A stretch of DNA of 64,000 bases from Squalus acanthias (GCA_030390025.1 CM059432.1:34474001-34538000); one strand, 5' to 3'. Positions 1-13,790 are shown, counted from the first letter of the stretch. The notes: a model not told the origin generated them from the letters alone. A program made the numbers and translations.

Positions 1-1335
1 GAAGCTTTTAGAAACAATAATCAGGGACAAAATTAACAGTCACTTGGACAAGTGTGGATTAATTAAGGAAAGCCAGCACGGATTTGTTAAAGGCAAATCG
101 TGTTTAACTAACTTGATTGAGTTTTTTGATGAGGTAACAGAGAGGGTTGATGAGGGCAGTGCGGTTGATGTGGTGTGCATGTACTTCCAAAAGGCATTTG
201 ATAAAGTGCCACATAATAGGCTTGCCAGCAAAGTTGAAGTCCAAGAAATAAAAGGGACAGTGGCAGCATGGATACAAAATTGGCTAAGTGACAGGAAACA
301 GAGCGTAGTGGTGAATGGTTGTTTTTTGGACTGGAGGAAGGTATACAGTGGTGTTCCCCAGGGCTTGGTACTAGAACCACTGATTTTCTTGATAGATATA
401 TTAATGACTTGGACTTGGATGTACAGGGCACAATTTCAAAATTTGCAGATGATACAAAACCTGGATACAAAACAGTGAGGAGGATAGTGATAGACTTCAA
501 GAGGACATAGACAGGCTGGTGGAATGGGCGGACACGTGGTAGATGAAGTTTAACGCAGAAAAGTGCAAAATGATACATTTTGGTAGGAAGAACGAGGAGA
601 GGCAATATAAACTAAAGGATACAATTCCAGAGCGGGTGCATGAATAGAGGGACCTGGGGGTATATGTGCACAAATCGTTGAAGATGGCAGGGCAGGTTGA
701 GAAAGTGGTTAAAAAAGCATACAGGATCCTGGGATTCATAAATAGAGGCATAGAGTACAAAAGCAAGGAAGTTATGGTGAACCTTTATAAAACACTGGTT
801 CAGCTTCAACTGGAGTATTGTGTCCAATTCTGGGCACCGCACTTTAGGAAGGTTGTGAAGGCCTTAGAGAGGGTGCAGAAAATATTTACAAGAATGGTAT
901 CCGGGATGGGCGACTTCAGTTACGTGGATAGACTGGAGAAGCTGGGGTTGTTCTCCTCAGAGCAGAGAAGGTTGAGAGGAGATTTGATAGAGCTGTTCGA
1001 AATCATGAGGCGTCTAGACCGAGTAGCTAGAGAGAAACTGTTCCCATTGGCGGAAGGGTCGAGAACCACACCATCCAGATTTAAGGTGATTGGCAGAAGA
1101 ACCAAAGGCGACATGAGGAAGCTTTTTTACGCAGCGAGTGGTTAGGATCTGGAATGCACTGCCTGAAAGGGTGGTGGAGGCAGATTCCAATCGTGGCTTT
1201 CAAAAGGAAATTGGATAAGTGCCTGAAGGAATAAAATTTGCGGGGGAGTGGGACGAGCTGAAGTGCTCTTGCAGAGAGCCGCAGGGGGCTGGACGGGCCA
1301 AATGGCCTTCTTCAGTGCTGCAACCATTCTATGAT
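1..1335 (+). mobile_element. CR1 LINE 3' portion (frameshifted RT to 3' UTR)
   Basis: QHGFVKGKSCLTNL, FQKAFDKVPH, SKFADDTK and LEYCVQFWAPHFRK are split across frames; ends in an attctatga tail. Confidence 0.93.
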
Positions 1336-1339
1336 ACGT

Positions 1340-1620
1340 GCCGCGCGCCCCCTCTCCAGCCAATCGGCCTCTCTCTCTGGAGACTGTTTGAGTGACATTG
1401 GCCGTCCTTGGGTTGCTCTGGTAACGGAGTTCCAGTGCGGATCGGCTGGCATGTGAGAATATGAGGGAAGGGGCGGGGCGGAGCGAGAGGGGGGGTCGGG
1501 TCTCTGCTCACTTATTGGTTGACGTCACCTCGTCATCCTCCACCCCCCCGCCCCTTGACGTGGCGCAAAGAGAGAAAGAGAGAAAGCTGGAGCGAGCTGT
1601 GGCGGCCATTTTGAGCCGAG
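1340..1620 (+). promoter_or_regulatory. CpG-island promoter of the ARF gene
   Basis: CCAAT 1360-1364, GC box 1471-1480, ATTGG 1514-1518, CRE TGACGTCA 1520-1527, TGACGTGG 1556-1563, YY1-like GCCATTTT 1605-1612; CpG-rich to ~2180. Confidence 0.8.
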
Positions 1621-1658
1621 GTGAGGAAATTAAATGACCGGAGCGGCTTGTGGCTAAG
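1570..1658 (+). other. ARF1: Probable non-coding exon 1 of the ARF gene (start approximate; two candidate donors)
   Basis: Donors GAG|GTGAGG after 1620 and AAG|GTAAGG after 1658; exon 2 begins at 15590, 43 nt before the ATG, so an upstream exon is expected. Confidence 0.65.
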
Positions 1659-2324
1659 GTAAGGAGCGGGCGGCCCTTCCAAACTCCCGAGTAAAACAGG
1701 AGTAACCGTCCTCCTCGTAGTAAAGAAGGGAGTAACGGTCTCCCTCGTAATAAAGGAGGAGAGCAGGTGGAACTAACGGGAACGCAGGCATATCCCGTTC
1801 GGCCAAAAAGATAGCCGCTATTCGTGCTAACTGCTCGGGCGGGGCTGCGGCCTGTGGAAGGTTAGTATGGAGACGGCTGCCATTGTCTAATTGGGGAGGG
1901 GGCCGGAGTATCGACCGCCGACTCGAATCTTTCCCAAATATCCAGTCACTACCGCCCCTTCGATTTCTCTTCGTGTTATCGGTAACGGAGTCGATTTTTG
2001 CGATCTCGGCCGAGGCATGGTGGTTTGAGTGCTGCCATCTTGTGTTGGAGAGGGGGGGGGATGGGCAGGAAAATGTACCGCTAATGCATCAATTCATCAT
2101 ATTTAATTATTTAAAGATTTCTCCCTTTTCTTGTCACGGATATATCTCGATTATAATCGCATTGAGCGGAGGCGGAGAGATGTTTCCTTATGGTTAATTT
2201 AAAGTATATATTAGTTTGTATCTTTAACACTTTAGGTTATAGTGAAAACGGTTAGGACTGACAAATTAATTAAACGATTCACTTCAAAGAATTGTGGAAT
2301 TTTACAATACAGGCGACAGCCAGT

Positions 2325-3320
2325 CATATCTATATTAATGACCTAGATGAAGGGACCTAGTGTAATGTATCCAAGTTTGCTGACGATACAAAGCTAGGTG
2401 GGACAGTAAGCTGTGAGGAGAACACAAAGAGTCTGCAAAGGGCTATAGATGGACTAAGTGAGTGGGCAGTAAGGTGGCAGTTAGAGTATAATGTAGGGAA
2501 AAGTGAGGTAATTCACTTTGGTAGGAAGAATAGAGAAACTGAATATTTTTTAAATGGTGAGAAACTTTCAAATGTTGGTGTTCAGAAAGATTTGGGTGTC
2601 CTCATGCAAGAAACACAGAAAGCTAGCATGCAGGTACAGCAAGCAATAAGGAAGGCAAATGGCATCGTGGCCTTTATTGCAAGGGGGTTGGAGTATAAGA
2701 GTAAGGAAGTCTTGCTACAATTGTACAGGGCCTTGGTGAGAGACTATACCTGGGGTACTGTGCACAGTTTTGGTCTCCTTATCTGGTCTCCACATCATTA
2801 TCTAAGGAAGGATATACTTGCCTTGGAGGCGGTGCAACGAAGGTTCACTAGATTGATTCCTGGGATGAGAGGGCTGTCCTATGATGAGAGATTGTGTAGA
2901 ATGGGCCTATACTTTCTGGAGTTTAGAAGAATGAGAGGTGATCTCATTGAAACATACAAGATTCTGAAGGGGATTGGCAGGGTAGATGCTGAGAGGTTGT
3001 TTCCCCTGGCTGGAGTGTCTAGAACTAGGGGGCATCGTCTCAGGATAAGGGGTAGGCCATTTAAGACCGAGATGCGGAGGAATTTCTTCAGAGGGTTGTG
3101 AATCTTTGGAATTCTCTGCCCCAGAGGGCTGTGGATGCTGAGTCTTTGAGTATATTCAAGGCTGAGATCAATAGATTTTTGGACTCTAGGGGAATCAAGG
3201 GATATGGAGATCGGGTGGGAAAGGAGTTGAGGTCGATGATCAGCCATGATCTTATTGAATAGCGGAGCAGGCTCACGGGGCTGTATGGCCCACTCCTGCT
3301 CCTATTTCTTATGTTCTTGT
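2325..3320 (+). mobile_element. CR1 LINE 3' fragment
   Basis: SKFADDTK; RKDILALEAVQRRFTRLIPG; RRMRGDLIETYKI; 3' end cctatttcttatgttct. Confidence 0.92.
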
Positions 3321-4004
3321 CTTTTTTTTAAAAAAGCCGTCCACTTACACTCAATCCCCTGCCCTTTCCCTGACTATCACCATATTCAAAATCTTCTGCC
3401 TGTGTGCTCTTCCTGACAACTTATTTCACTATGAATGTCTGTCTACATTCACAATGAAAACTGCCTATGTAAATTTGTCATTTGCTGTAATTACAACCCC
3501 ATGTCAGTGGAGGTGCTGCAGCACCCCCCACTGGAGGGAGGGTGTAATTTAAAGCCGAAGTTTACTCGGACAGTTTCCATTTATAAATGTATGAAAGAAC
3601 CAAGAGGGGAAACGAAGCAAAAGAAAATTTGTGCAGCGAGTGATGATCTGGAATGCACTGCTTGGCCAGCAAGGATGGTGGAAGCAGATTCAATAATAAC
3701 TTTCAGAAGGGAATTGGATCTATGCTTACAGGGAAAATTTGCAGGGCTATGGGGGAAACAATTGGGGGAGTGGGACTAATTGGATAGCTCTTTCAAAGAG
3801 CCGACACAGGCACGATGGGCTGAATGATGACCTTCTGTGCTGTAAGCTTCTATGAATAAGGACAGAAGCTATGACTAAAGTGCAGGCTGAATTTTTTTCT
3901 GTTGCCCCAGTCCAACTATTCCCCAGCCTTTAATGCTACTTCACCCCTAGACTACTTTTTCCTCTGCATGTGCATTGCCATGGGAGATCAGTTAAATAAT
4001 GAAA

Positions 4005-4465
4005 GCGCTTAAATTTCTATAGTGCCTTTCATTGCCTCAGGATGTCCCATAGTGCTACACAGCCAATGAAGTATTTTAAGTGTAGTCACTGTTTGGGGAA
4101 TTGTAGCAGCCAATTTGCACACAGCAAGGTCCCACAAACAACAATGAGATCGTGACCTGCTAATCTGTTTGTGATGTTGGTTGAGGGATAAATAGAAAGA
4201 AAGACTTGCATTTATATAGCACCTTTCAGGACCACCGAACGTCCCAAAGTGCTTTATAGCCAATGAAGTACTTTTGAAGTGTAGTCACTGTTGTAATGTA
4301 GGAAACATGGCAGCCAAATTGCGCACAGCAAGTTCCCACAAACAGCAGTGTGATAATGACCAGATAATCTGTTTTTTGTTCTGTTGATTGAGGGATAAAT
4401 ATTGGCCAGGACACCGGGGATAACCTCCCTGCTGTTCAAATAGTGCCATGGGATCTTTTTAACAT
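4005..4465 (-). mobile_element. Two adjacent DeuSINE (SacSINE1-like) 3' fragments
   Basis: Reverse complement of the SINE body and tail at 51251-51697 (gatcccatggcact, tcctggccaatatttatccctc, gctatataaatgcaagtc). Confidence 0.8.
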
Positions 4466-5833
4466 CTCAATTTTTCTTTTTCACATTTATTAATTTCCAT
4501 TTTAAAAGCTATTCTAGATTTTGCTTCAATCACTTTCTGTTGAGTATTCCATGTCTTAATCCTCTGCCCAAGAATACAATTTCCCCAAGCTCTCTGTTAA
4601 TTCTTTTGCTGCTCTTAAATTTACATCCTCTAGTTACAGACTCACCAACCTATGAATTATTAACATGATATTGAAAGCCCGGTATTAAGATCCGAAGTAA
4701 CACTGGTAGATATATCAACTGAAGGGTCGAATTGTCTCTGAACTCTGGCTTACCTAATGAATAGGGCAAATGTTTGTCATGGTGCTATAGTCCATTGCCA
4801 AAACTTGCAAATATCTGCTTAATGTGTTGCACATGATCAGAGATGTGGTGAGAGATTATATGCTTCTACATTGATTATATATTGAAAGTTTGCATCTTAA
4901 CATGGTAACAGAGCATTCGGCTGAAATTTGCTGTTTGTGAAGTTGGATGTAGCTCCTTGATTGTATCGCTGAATTATTTTCTCACTTATCAGTGTTTTGT
5001 GCAGGATGTATTTTCTATATCTGACCATGGGAATTTAAAGACTGTTTGCCAAGATACAGTTCTGTTCTAACATCTCGTTGAGCTTCCAGTGAAACAGCGA
5101 TGCGCTCTCATTTGCTTTGTTAGCGAACCTGTAACAGTCCCATTCACTTCACTTTGTCTCAAATTTGAGAGTAGAATCTGTGGGCAAGCTGCCATAATAA
5201 GCAGTTCCATTGGTTTGTTGGTGATAATTTTGAGTTTCACAAAACTTTAGTTGGAGTATTCAAAAGAATCGATGGTTTGGCTATCTGCCCATCTTGGGTG
5301 TCCAGGTGGATCTGATGTCCTAATTACACAATGCAAGTGGATACTTGAACATAGGCTTTCAAAATGACCAAAAATAGAAAAGATTTTGGTTTTTGAACAT
5401 GTTCTTCCGCTGAAGCGGTAGTTTTCAAATTAAGATTAAATTACAACTGCCAATCTCTCTCTCTGCTTCATTTAAAAAAAAATGATCTGAGAACTAGTTC
5501 TGAATCTTCAGGGTGATTGTGATGCACTAGCTATTAAACTAAGTCTCTCCATGAGCCTAGTTCAGAGTTCTGCCATGTTAGCTGCCTTTCTATCCCTCCT
5601 ATGTCTGTCCTCCTATGTCTGTGTCCTCCATGTGTCACATGCTTTTTTTTTAAGAGAAGGTGATGCAATCACCTGGGGGGGAGGAAAGAGGGGGGTGGGG
5701 AGGAGATTGGGATCGGGAGGGAGGAGGGGAGAGGAAGAGAGGGGAGTGGGGGTAGAGGATTGAGGGGGGAGAGAAGGTAAGGAACGTGGGGCGGGGATAA
5801 ACAGCACAGAGGGCATAGTGGGGGTGGTGGGAT

Positions 5834-5940
5834 GGTCAGGAACTCTGGGGTGGGGAGGTCAGGAACTCTGGGGTGGGGAGGTCAGGAACTCTGGGGTGGG
5901 GTCAGGAACTTGGGCAGGGGGGAGAAGGGTCAGGAACTTG
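5834..5940 (+). repeat. G-rich minisatellite, ~22-bp unit ggtcaggaactctggggtgggga
   Basis: Three near-perfect plus degenerate tandem units. Confidence 0.75.
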
Positions 5941-8184
5941 TTGGGAGAAGGTCTTAACCCACGAGGAGAGCCCTGTCCTATGTGAGCTCTGTTTTGTCTG
6001 GAGATTGGCAGTCAGAATAGCTCGAATTACACTTTACAAAGTACTTGATTACTTAGGTTGGCAGGATCTAATTACATATTCCAGATAAACTGCGGGGTGT
6101 GTCTTGTCCTCCAAGGTGACTAATCAGAAATCTGGTGTTGGAAATAAACGTGACCTTGAAGTTTACGGCACAGAAGCAGGCCATTTGGCTTATCGTGTCC
6201 GTGCTGGCTTTTTGCTAGAGCAATACAAAACTAATTCCACTGCCCCAATCTCTCCACATAGCCCTGTGTCTACCTTTGCTTAAAATATTGGCACAACTAA
6301 TTTTATTCTTGTTCTTGAGTGCTGGTGTTTTATTTATTGCTTTATCTACCTGCATTCACGCTTTCAGGGAATTAATGTATTTAAACCCCTAGGTGTGTTT
6401 GTCCAAAAGTTTTAAAAGCTTATATTAAATCTTGGCTTGAAACTGTCCCCGTACTTCAAGTCTCTCCTCATAACTATAGTTTTCCATCCCTGGTGTTAGC
6501 CTGATGAATATATGCTGTACACACTCTGGCTTTAATGGGCTACTTAAAACTGTACAGAGTACTCTTAACTGTGGCCAAACCAATATTTTGTACAAACATA
6601 TTACTTTTTTACTCTTGTACTATATATCCCTATTCATAAACTCAATCTACTTGCACTTTTAGGGGAATTATGTTTTTGCACCCCCTGGTCATCCACATCC
6701 CTAAGTGTATTTGCATGAATGTATACTCCCATTCCTTTTTTTTTCCTCACACAATCTTCTACCTCGCACTAATCCACATTAAAATGCACCTGCCACATGT
6801 CTACCCATTCAATTAACCTGTCTGTCTTTTACCATTGCCGCCCTCCCCCCACTTTTGCATTTAGCAAATTTCAAAATTGTGGTCGCTATGCCCAAGTCAT
6901 CTATACATACCAAGAATAACAATGGACCCAGCACTGACCATTGGGGTACACCACTTCCAACCCCCCTCCAATCTGAGCAACACCAATTTACTCCAACTCA
7001 GTTTCCTGTCCATCATCCAACATTCTGTCCATGCTGCTACATTCCATCTTGTACCATATTCTACATATCCAATTAATCACCTTTTCAAAAAAAACACATT
7101 GGCCTGAGTTTCCGCTAGGAACGCAATTAGCAAAATGCACCCGACGCTCTGCAAGTTTTGCAGAGGTGAAGGTACGCCCAAGTTTCCTAGGAAACCCATG
7201 AGCATAAGCCTGAATGCAAAATCTCCCATGAATCTGCGTAATCAATTTGTGGCTGGAACAGGGCCAATGGGGCCTCGCAGTGGTAGGATGGGGTAGTATA
7301 AAAGGTTGGGGTAGTATAAAAGGTAAGGCAAAGAACATTTCCCCTTCAGAGTGAGGCTGGAGACCATAAGGTAAGCAGCACTTTTCTCTGTTTAATCTAA
7401 TTGATGATTTCTGCATCAGCAGGGCAGACCTGTGGCTTCAATTGACTGCTGGTCAGGTGATTAACACTGGATTAATATGACCATGGATGCCTCTGCACCT
7501 GCAAATCTTGGCGCAATGTGATGAACCCACCCTGAACGAGCGCATTCAGCAGAAATTCGTCTTTCTGACCTGGGAGCATGGCCAGATTTGTGGACGGGGA
7601 CTGGTTTATGTGATGGGACTGTTGAACTAGCATAAAACATCACACTTACTTGGGTGCAACTCACTTGCGCTTAAAATTCTGAAATCGTTTGCTCTATTTG
7701 ATTCCACCCCAATTGAGCTGTTATCTGGGCTGAAATCATGCGGAGAACCCAGGTTTTTAAGTTAAATACGACTTGCTTTTAGCAATTCCATGCTGGATGT
7801 TCTTGATGAACTCGCGCATTTCTAAATGCCCTCAAATTATAGATTCTAAGACATTGCCCACAACTGATGTTAAGAGTAGCTGGTCCTTTGTTACCTAGCT
7901 TATCCATCTCGCCCGCTCAACAAAGTTGTTACATTGACGGCGCTCCAGTCCTACGGCACAATTTACATATTTAGAGATTGTTTAGTGACAGTCTAATCAC
8001 TAACAATTGGTCCATATCTTCTGCTAGTACACCTACTTTCCATAATTTGTAAAAGCCAATGCAAAATATTTAAAGTCTCCGCCATACCTTCATCTTCCAC
8101 AGTTAGACTCCCTCCTTCATCCACGAGCGTTCCTGCTCTCCCAACTATGCAATTTACATGTTCATAAAAGCCCATACCATTTTA

Positions 8185-9490
8185 GGAACAGGAGTGGGCC
8201 ATTCAGCCCCTTGAACCTGTTCCACCATTCAGAGATCATGGCTGATCCTGCCTTTGCCCCATATCCCATAATAAATTTGGTTAACAGCTATCAATCTCAG
8301 ATTTAAAATTTAACAATTGACCCAGCTTCAGCTGCCATTTGTGAAAAGAGTTCCAAACTTCTACCACCCTTTGCGTGTAGAAGTATTACTTAACTTCACT
8401 TCTGAAAGGCCTGGCTCTAATTTTTAGGCAATGTCCCCATGTCCTAGATTCCCCAACCAGCATAAATAGTTTATCTCTATCTCCCTCCCTATCAGTTCCC
8501 CTTTAATATCTTGAAAGCTTCGCTCAAATCACCCCATAATCTTCTAAATTCAAGAGAATACAACCCTAGTTTGTGTAATCTTGCCTCGTAATTTAACCCT
8601 TGGAGTCGAGGTATCATTCGAGGCTGCACTCCCTCCAAGGCCAATATATCCTTCCTAAGGTGTGGTGCCCAGAACTGAACACTGTACTCCAGGTCTGGTC
8701 TAACCAAGGCTTTGTATAGCTGCAGCATGACTTCTACCCCTTGTATTCTAGTCCTCTAGATATAAAGGGCAGCATTCCTTTTAGCCTTTTGATTATTTTT
8801 TGCACCTGTCCATGACATTTTAATCTATGTACATGGACCCCCAAGTCTCTTTGGGCCTCCACTGCTTCTAGCTTTTCACTATTAGAAAGTACTCTGATCT
8901 ATCCTTTTTAGGCCCAAAGTGGATGACCTCACGCTTACCTATATTTACTTAATCTATTAATATCTCTAATTTTATGCTTTCATCTACACTGCTTACAAAG
9001 CCCCACCTGTCTTTGTGTCATTGCCAAACTTGGATTTGTGGCTCTCCATCCCGTCATCTAAGTTAATAAATACTATGAGTAGTTGAGGCCCCAACACAGA
9101 TACCTGTGGGACACTACTAGTCACATCCTGCCAATTAGAGTACCTGCCCAACAATCTCCTAACCAGGTCAATAATTTGCCCTCTATTCCATGAGCTTCAA
9201 CTTTAGTTAACAGTCACTTATGAGGAACTTTATCTGGAAGTCCATATAAGTAACATCCGTAGACATTCCCCTGTCCACTACTTTAGTCACCTCTTCAAAA
9301 AATTCAATCGGTTTTGTCAGGCATGATCTATCCTTTACAAATCCATGCTGGCTCTCTGATCAGCTAAACATTTTCAAGGTGTTCAATCACTCCACGTTTA
9401 ATTATAAACTCTAGTAGTTTCCCGACAATAGATGTTAGGCTAACCATTCTATAAATTTACTGATTTCCCTTGCTCACCTTTCATAAATAG
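8185..9490 (-). mobile_element. Degenerate CR1 LINE fragment
   Basis: ORF 8492-8728 [22 protein letters not shown] remnants continue to ~9480. Confidence 0.88.
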
Positions 9491-9496
9491 TGGCGT

Positions 9497-9660
9497 TAAT
9501 GTTACCACCTAACCTTTTTTTGGTGCGCGGTCCCTTTAATGGACTGTGCGGCCCATTCAAAATTTTACGCATGCATGGAATCTCCCAGTGAGAAGCTGGT
9601 AAGCGGCCTGCGCTGGACCTCCATACAGCTGCGTGGCCGTGCAGCTTAGCAGGAACATTG
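9497..9660. mobile_element. hAT-type MITE
   Basis: Termini taatgtt...ggaacattg; 8-bp TSD agtggcgt/agtggagt; similar to 53344-53509 and 56069-56203. Confidence 0.75.
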
Positions 9661-10349
9661 AGTGGAGTGACATGCAATTGTAACTCCAATTTTATTTTAC
9701 ATAGTCACCACACAATCCTGACTCCAGTTTTTGGGCCATTCTTTTTCTTACATTTCTTATTTTAATTTTTTAATATCCCTTGCCCCTTCTACAACAGTGT
9801 TTTGATCTCAACCTCAATCTCTTTCCCTTTCTGAAATTTCGGTCAGCTAAGTCTTCTGCTATTTCAACAGATGTATCAAACTAGCTTACCCTTTCTAGTC
9901 TCAAGCCTAGACTTTCCCAGCCCCCACTACATTAGTTTAAATCGTCCCACGCTCGATTTGCCCTCACCACAAGTACATTGATGCTGTCTCCACTCAAGTG
10001 AAAGCCTTCCCTTCAGTTTAGCTTTTCTATGTTCCATACTCGCTCCAAGAATGTGAATTCTTCCCTCCTGTACCAGCTCTGCAGCCACGTGTTGACCTTC
10101 CTAATCTTTCTCTCCTTAACCTCTCCAGCACTGCGACACAAGAAGGAAGTTAACACCCTTGAGGTTTGTCTTTCAATTCCTGAAACTCCTTCTGCAAGAC
10201 CTAAAATGTACTTCTATCTGTGTTGATTCTAACATAGATAGTGACTTTTGGCTACTCTCCCTCCCTTTCCAGAAGAATTTCCACTTGTGTGATGCCTCTT
10301 AACCCTAAAACTAGGGAGGCAACATACCATTTGAGATTCCTGGCCACGA

Positions 10350-11797
10350 CTGGCAAATGTAACCCCACTATTTAAGAAAGGAGGGATAGAGAAAACGGGG
10401 AACTACAGACCAGTTAGCCTGACATCAGTAGTAGGGAAAATGCTAGAATCTATTATTAAGGACGTGGTAACAGGGCACTTTGAAAATAATAATAGGATTG
10501 GGCAGAGTCAACACTGATTTATGAAAGGGAAATCGTGTTTGACAAATCTGTTAGAGTTTTTTGAGGTTGTAACTAGCAGAATAGATAAGGGGGAACCAGT
10601 GGATGTGGTGTATTTGGATTTTCAGAAGGCATTCAATAAGGTGCCACACAAGAGGTTATTAAACAAAATTAGGGCTCATGGGATTGGGGGTAATATACTA
10701 GCATGGACTAAGGATTGGTTAACGGACAGAAAACAGAGTAGGAATAAACGGGTAATTTTCAGGTTGGCAGGCTGTAACTAGTGGGGCACCGCAAGGATCA
10801 GTGCTTGGGCCTCAGCTATTCACAATCTATATCAATGATTTGGATGAGGGGACCAAATGTAATATATGCAAGTTTGCTGATGATACAAAGCTGGGTGGGA
10901 ATGTAAGTTGAGGGGGATGCAAGGAGGCCTCAAGGGGATGTAGACAGGCTAAGTGAGTGGGCAAGAACCTGGCAAATGGAATATAATGTGGAGAAATGTG
11001 AAGTTATCCACTTTGGTAGGAAAAATAGAAAAGCAGAGTATTTTTAAAATGGTGAGAGATTGGGAAATGTTGGTGTTCAGAGGGACCTGGGTGTCCTTGT
11101 ACACGAATCACTGAAAGTTAACATGCAGGTACAGCAAGCAATTAGGAAAGCAAATGGTATGTTGGCCTTTATTACAAGAGGATTTGAGTATAAGAGTAAA
11201 GAGGTCTTACTGCAATTATATAGGGCCCTGGTGAGACCACACCTGGAGTATTGTGTACAGTTTTGGTCTCCTTACCTAAGGAAGGATATACTTGCCATAG
11301 AGGGAGTGCAGCAAAGGTTCACCAGACTGGTTCCTGGGATGGGGGATTGTCCTATGAGGACAGATTGAGTAGTCTAGGCCTATATTCTCTATCCTCTCAT
11401 TTAGAAGAATGAGAGGTGATCTCATTGAAACATAGAAAATTCTTACAGGGCTTGACAGGGTAGATGCAGGGAAGATGTTTCCTCTGGCTGGGGAGTCTAG
11501 AACCAGGGGTCACAGTCTCAGAATAAGGGGTCGGCCATTTAGGACTGTGCTGAGGAGAAATTTCTTCAGAGGGTGGTGAATCTTTGGAATTCACTTCCCA
11601 GAGGGCTGTGGAGGCTCAGTTGTTGAGTATATTCAAGATAGAGATCGATAGGTTTTTGAATATTAAGGGAATCAAGGGATATGGGGATAGTGCAGGAAAG
11701 TGGAGATGAGGTAGAAGATCAGCCATGATCTTGTTGAATGGCGGAGCAGGCTCGAAGGGCCAAATGGCCTATTCCGGCTCCTATTTCTTATGTTCTC
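10350..11797 (+). mobile_element. CR1 LINE 3' fragment (RT to 3' end)
   Basis: KGKSCLTNLLEFFE, YLDFQKAFNKVPH, PHLEYCVQFWSPYLRKD; CR1 3' UTR. Confidence 0.93.
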
Positions 11798-13344
11798 AAG
11801 ACTGCCAAAAAAAAAAGGTTGTCTCGGAATTTGCCACTTTTATAATGAATTGGCTCAATATTGCACCTAAGTTTGGGTAGAAGGGAAAGAGAGAAATTTG
11901 CTTTAAAAACAATTTCCTGCGGAGCTTCCTCGATTGGTAAAGGCACTGTGTAATTATGGTGTGAACAAGGCTGTGGTGACCTCCACAGTTAAATAGCCTA
12001 CTTAAATAAAAAAGTGTGTGTACACTTCACTTACATTTTTTTTTACAGAGCATTATTACTTTCCAGCACATGAACTGGCTCTACAGTCCTTAAGCGCCAG
12101 CCTTAAGGCATTGTGTTTAGTTTGGCTTCTGCTCCATTGCTCTATCTGGAGTACATTCCAAGTGCTGATCATTCTTTTTGTGAAGAACTTCCTGATATCA
12201 GTCCTAAACTTTCATTTTACTGGTTTAAAGCTGTATCTTGTCCAGATCTCTCAATTTACTTCCTCTGTACTGTTTACTACCTTGTATGCTTCTAAAAGAT
12301 CAGATCTTGGACATCTCCTTTCCAAACTTAAAAGCCCAAGCTTCTGCAATCTTTCATCAATCAGATCTTTGGCAGTAGGGATCAGCCTTATGGCTCATCT
12401 CTGCACTGCTTTCAGCACTTGACTGTGTCTCAGAATCTTACAGCGCACAAGGAGTCCATTTGGCCCTTCGTGCCTGTACTGGCTCTTCAACTAACTATCC
12501 AGTTAGTCTCACTCCCTGCTCTTTCCCTATGTCCCTGCAAATTTTTCACACTACCTCAGAACTATGATATTCCACATGTGGATTGAGCAGATAACCAAGA
12601 ATGATTAGAGACATTAGGGAGATTAAAATGTGAAATCTTTTTAATCCAGTTATACTATCTAATTTAGTAGCCTTCCCTGATGACTTGCTACATACGTTCA
12701 TACCCTATGTATAAAGCAGTCGCAATTCACTATGTACTCTAATTGTTTGTTTTTTAACTGTTCTGTAGTTTTGAGTTCCTCATCATTATGAACAATTTGT
12801 CTGGTTCAGCTTTACCAATTCCTTCATCAAAATTTTGAAACCACCAGTTAAGTTGCCTCATTCTCCTTCAAGGAGAATAAATCTATTCGAGGGAGAATGT
12901 ATGTGCGTTATTGTAAACTCACCAAGCAACAAAGGCCTATTGAGCGTTTGCACTGCCTCCAGCTATACTGGAACCAAACCACAAAGGAGTATAAAACCCA
13001 CCCTTGTACCTCTTCACCAAAATGTTTACCTAATATTTTATGGTATCAATGAATACTTTATGAAGACCCATAGGACTGAATATTTATTCCACTGATGACT
13101 TGGTAAATAATATCCCATGGGCTGTTGTATTGCAGCACTGTGTTGTCACTAGAATATCAGTGAAGCATGCGATATTCAGTGTGTGAACTATAAAAGAACA
13201 TCCAGCAATGTAACTACCGATTTGTCCTTTTAGAAGTATGCTGTGTCTTGAGAACTTGTAACTCTTGAATGAAATAGTGGTGGCCACAGGTCTGTTAGTA
13301 ATGGCACGAATGCTGAGAGCAAATGAAGTTGATGAATTAAAACA

Positions 13345-13790
13345 ATAATAACTTGCATTTGTACAACACCTTTAGCATAGATGAATGTCCCAAAGTGCTT
13401 CACAGAGGCCTAATGACAAAATGAACATTGAACTAAAGGAAATATTAGGAAGGGTGACTGAACGCTTGGTGTGTTTTAAGGAGGTGGAGGAGTTTGCGGT
13501 TTAGGGAGGGAGGAAAATCGTGAGCATGGAGCCAAGGCAACTGAAGGCACGACTGCCAGGGTGGGACAAGGGAAAGGGAGATGTACAAAGGGCATTTGTC
13601 CAGAGTTGGGAACAAAGTGTTCTGAGGGGGTGGGGGGTTATAGGGCTGAAGAGATTAGAGATGAAGAGAGTTGAGGCCATGAAGGATATAAAGACGAGGA
13701 TGGGAATTTTAAATTTGAGGTGTTGGACTGGGAGCCAGTATAAATCAGTGAGGACAGGGGTTATGAGTGAGCGAGGCATGGTACAGTAGT
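13345..13790 (-). mobile_element. L2 LINE 3' fragment (older L2-like sequence probably extends to ~14280)
   Basis: ITPVLTDLYWLPV..KFKIPILVF resembles the L2 ORF2 C-terminus; L2 tail aaatgcaagtt. Confidence 0.75.

Noticed and set aside
7101..7756. Possible non-autonomous DNA transposon (ggcctgagtttccgc ... gcggagaacccagg)
   Set aside because: TIRs too degenerate and no clear TSD
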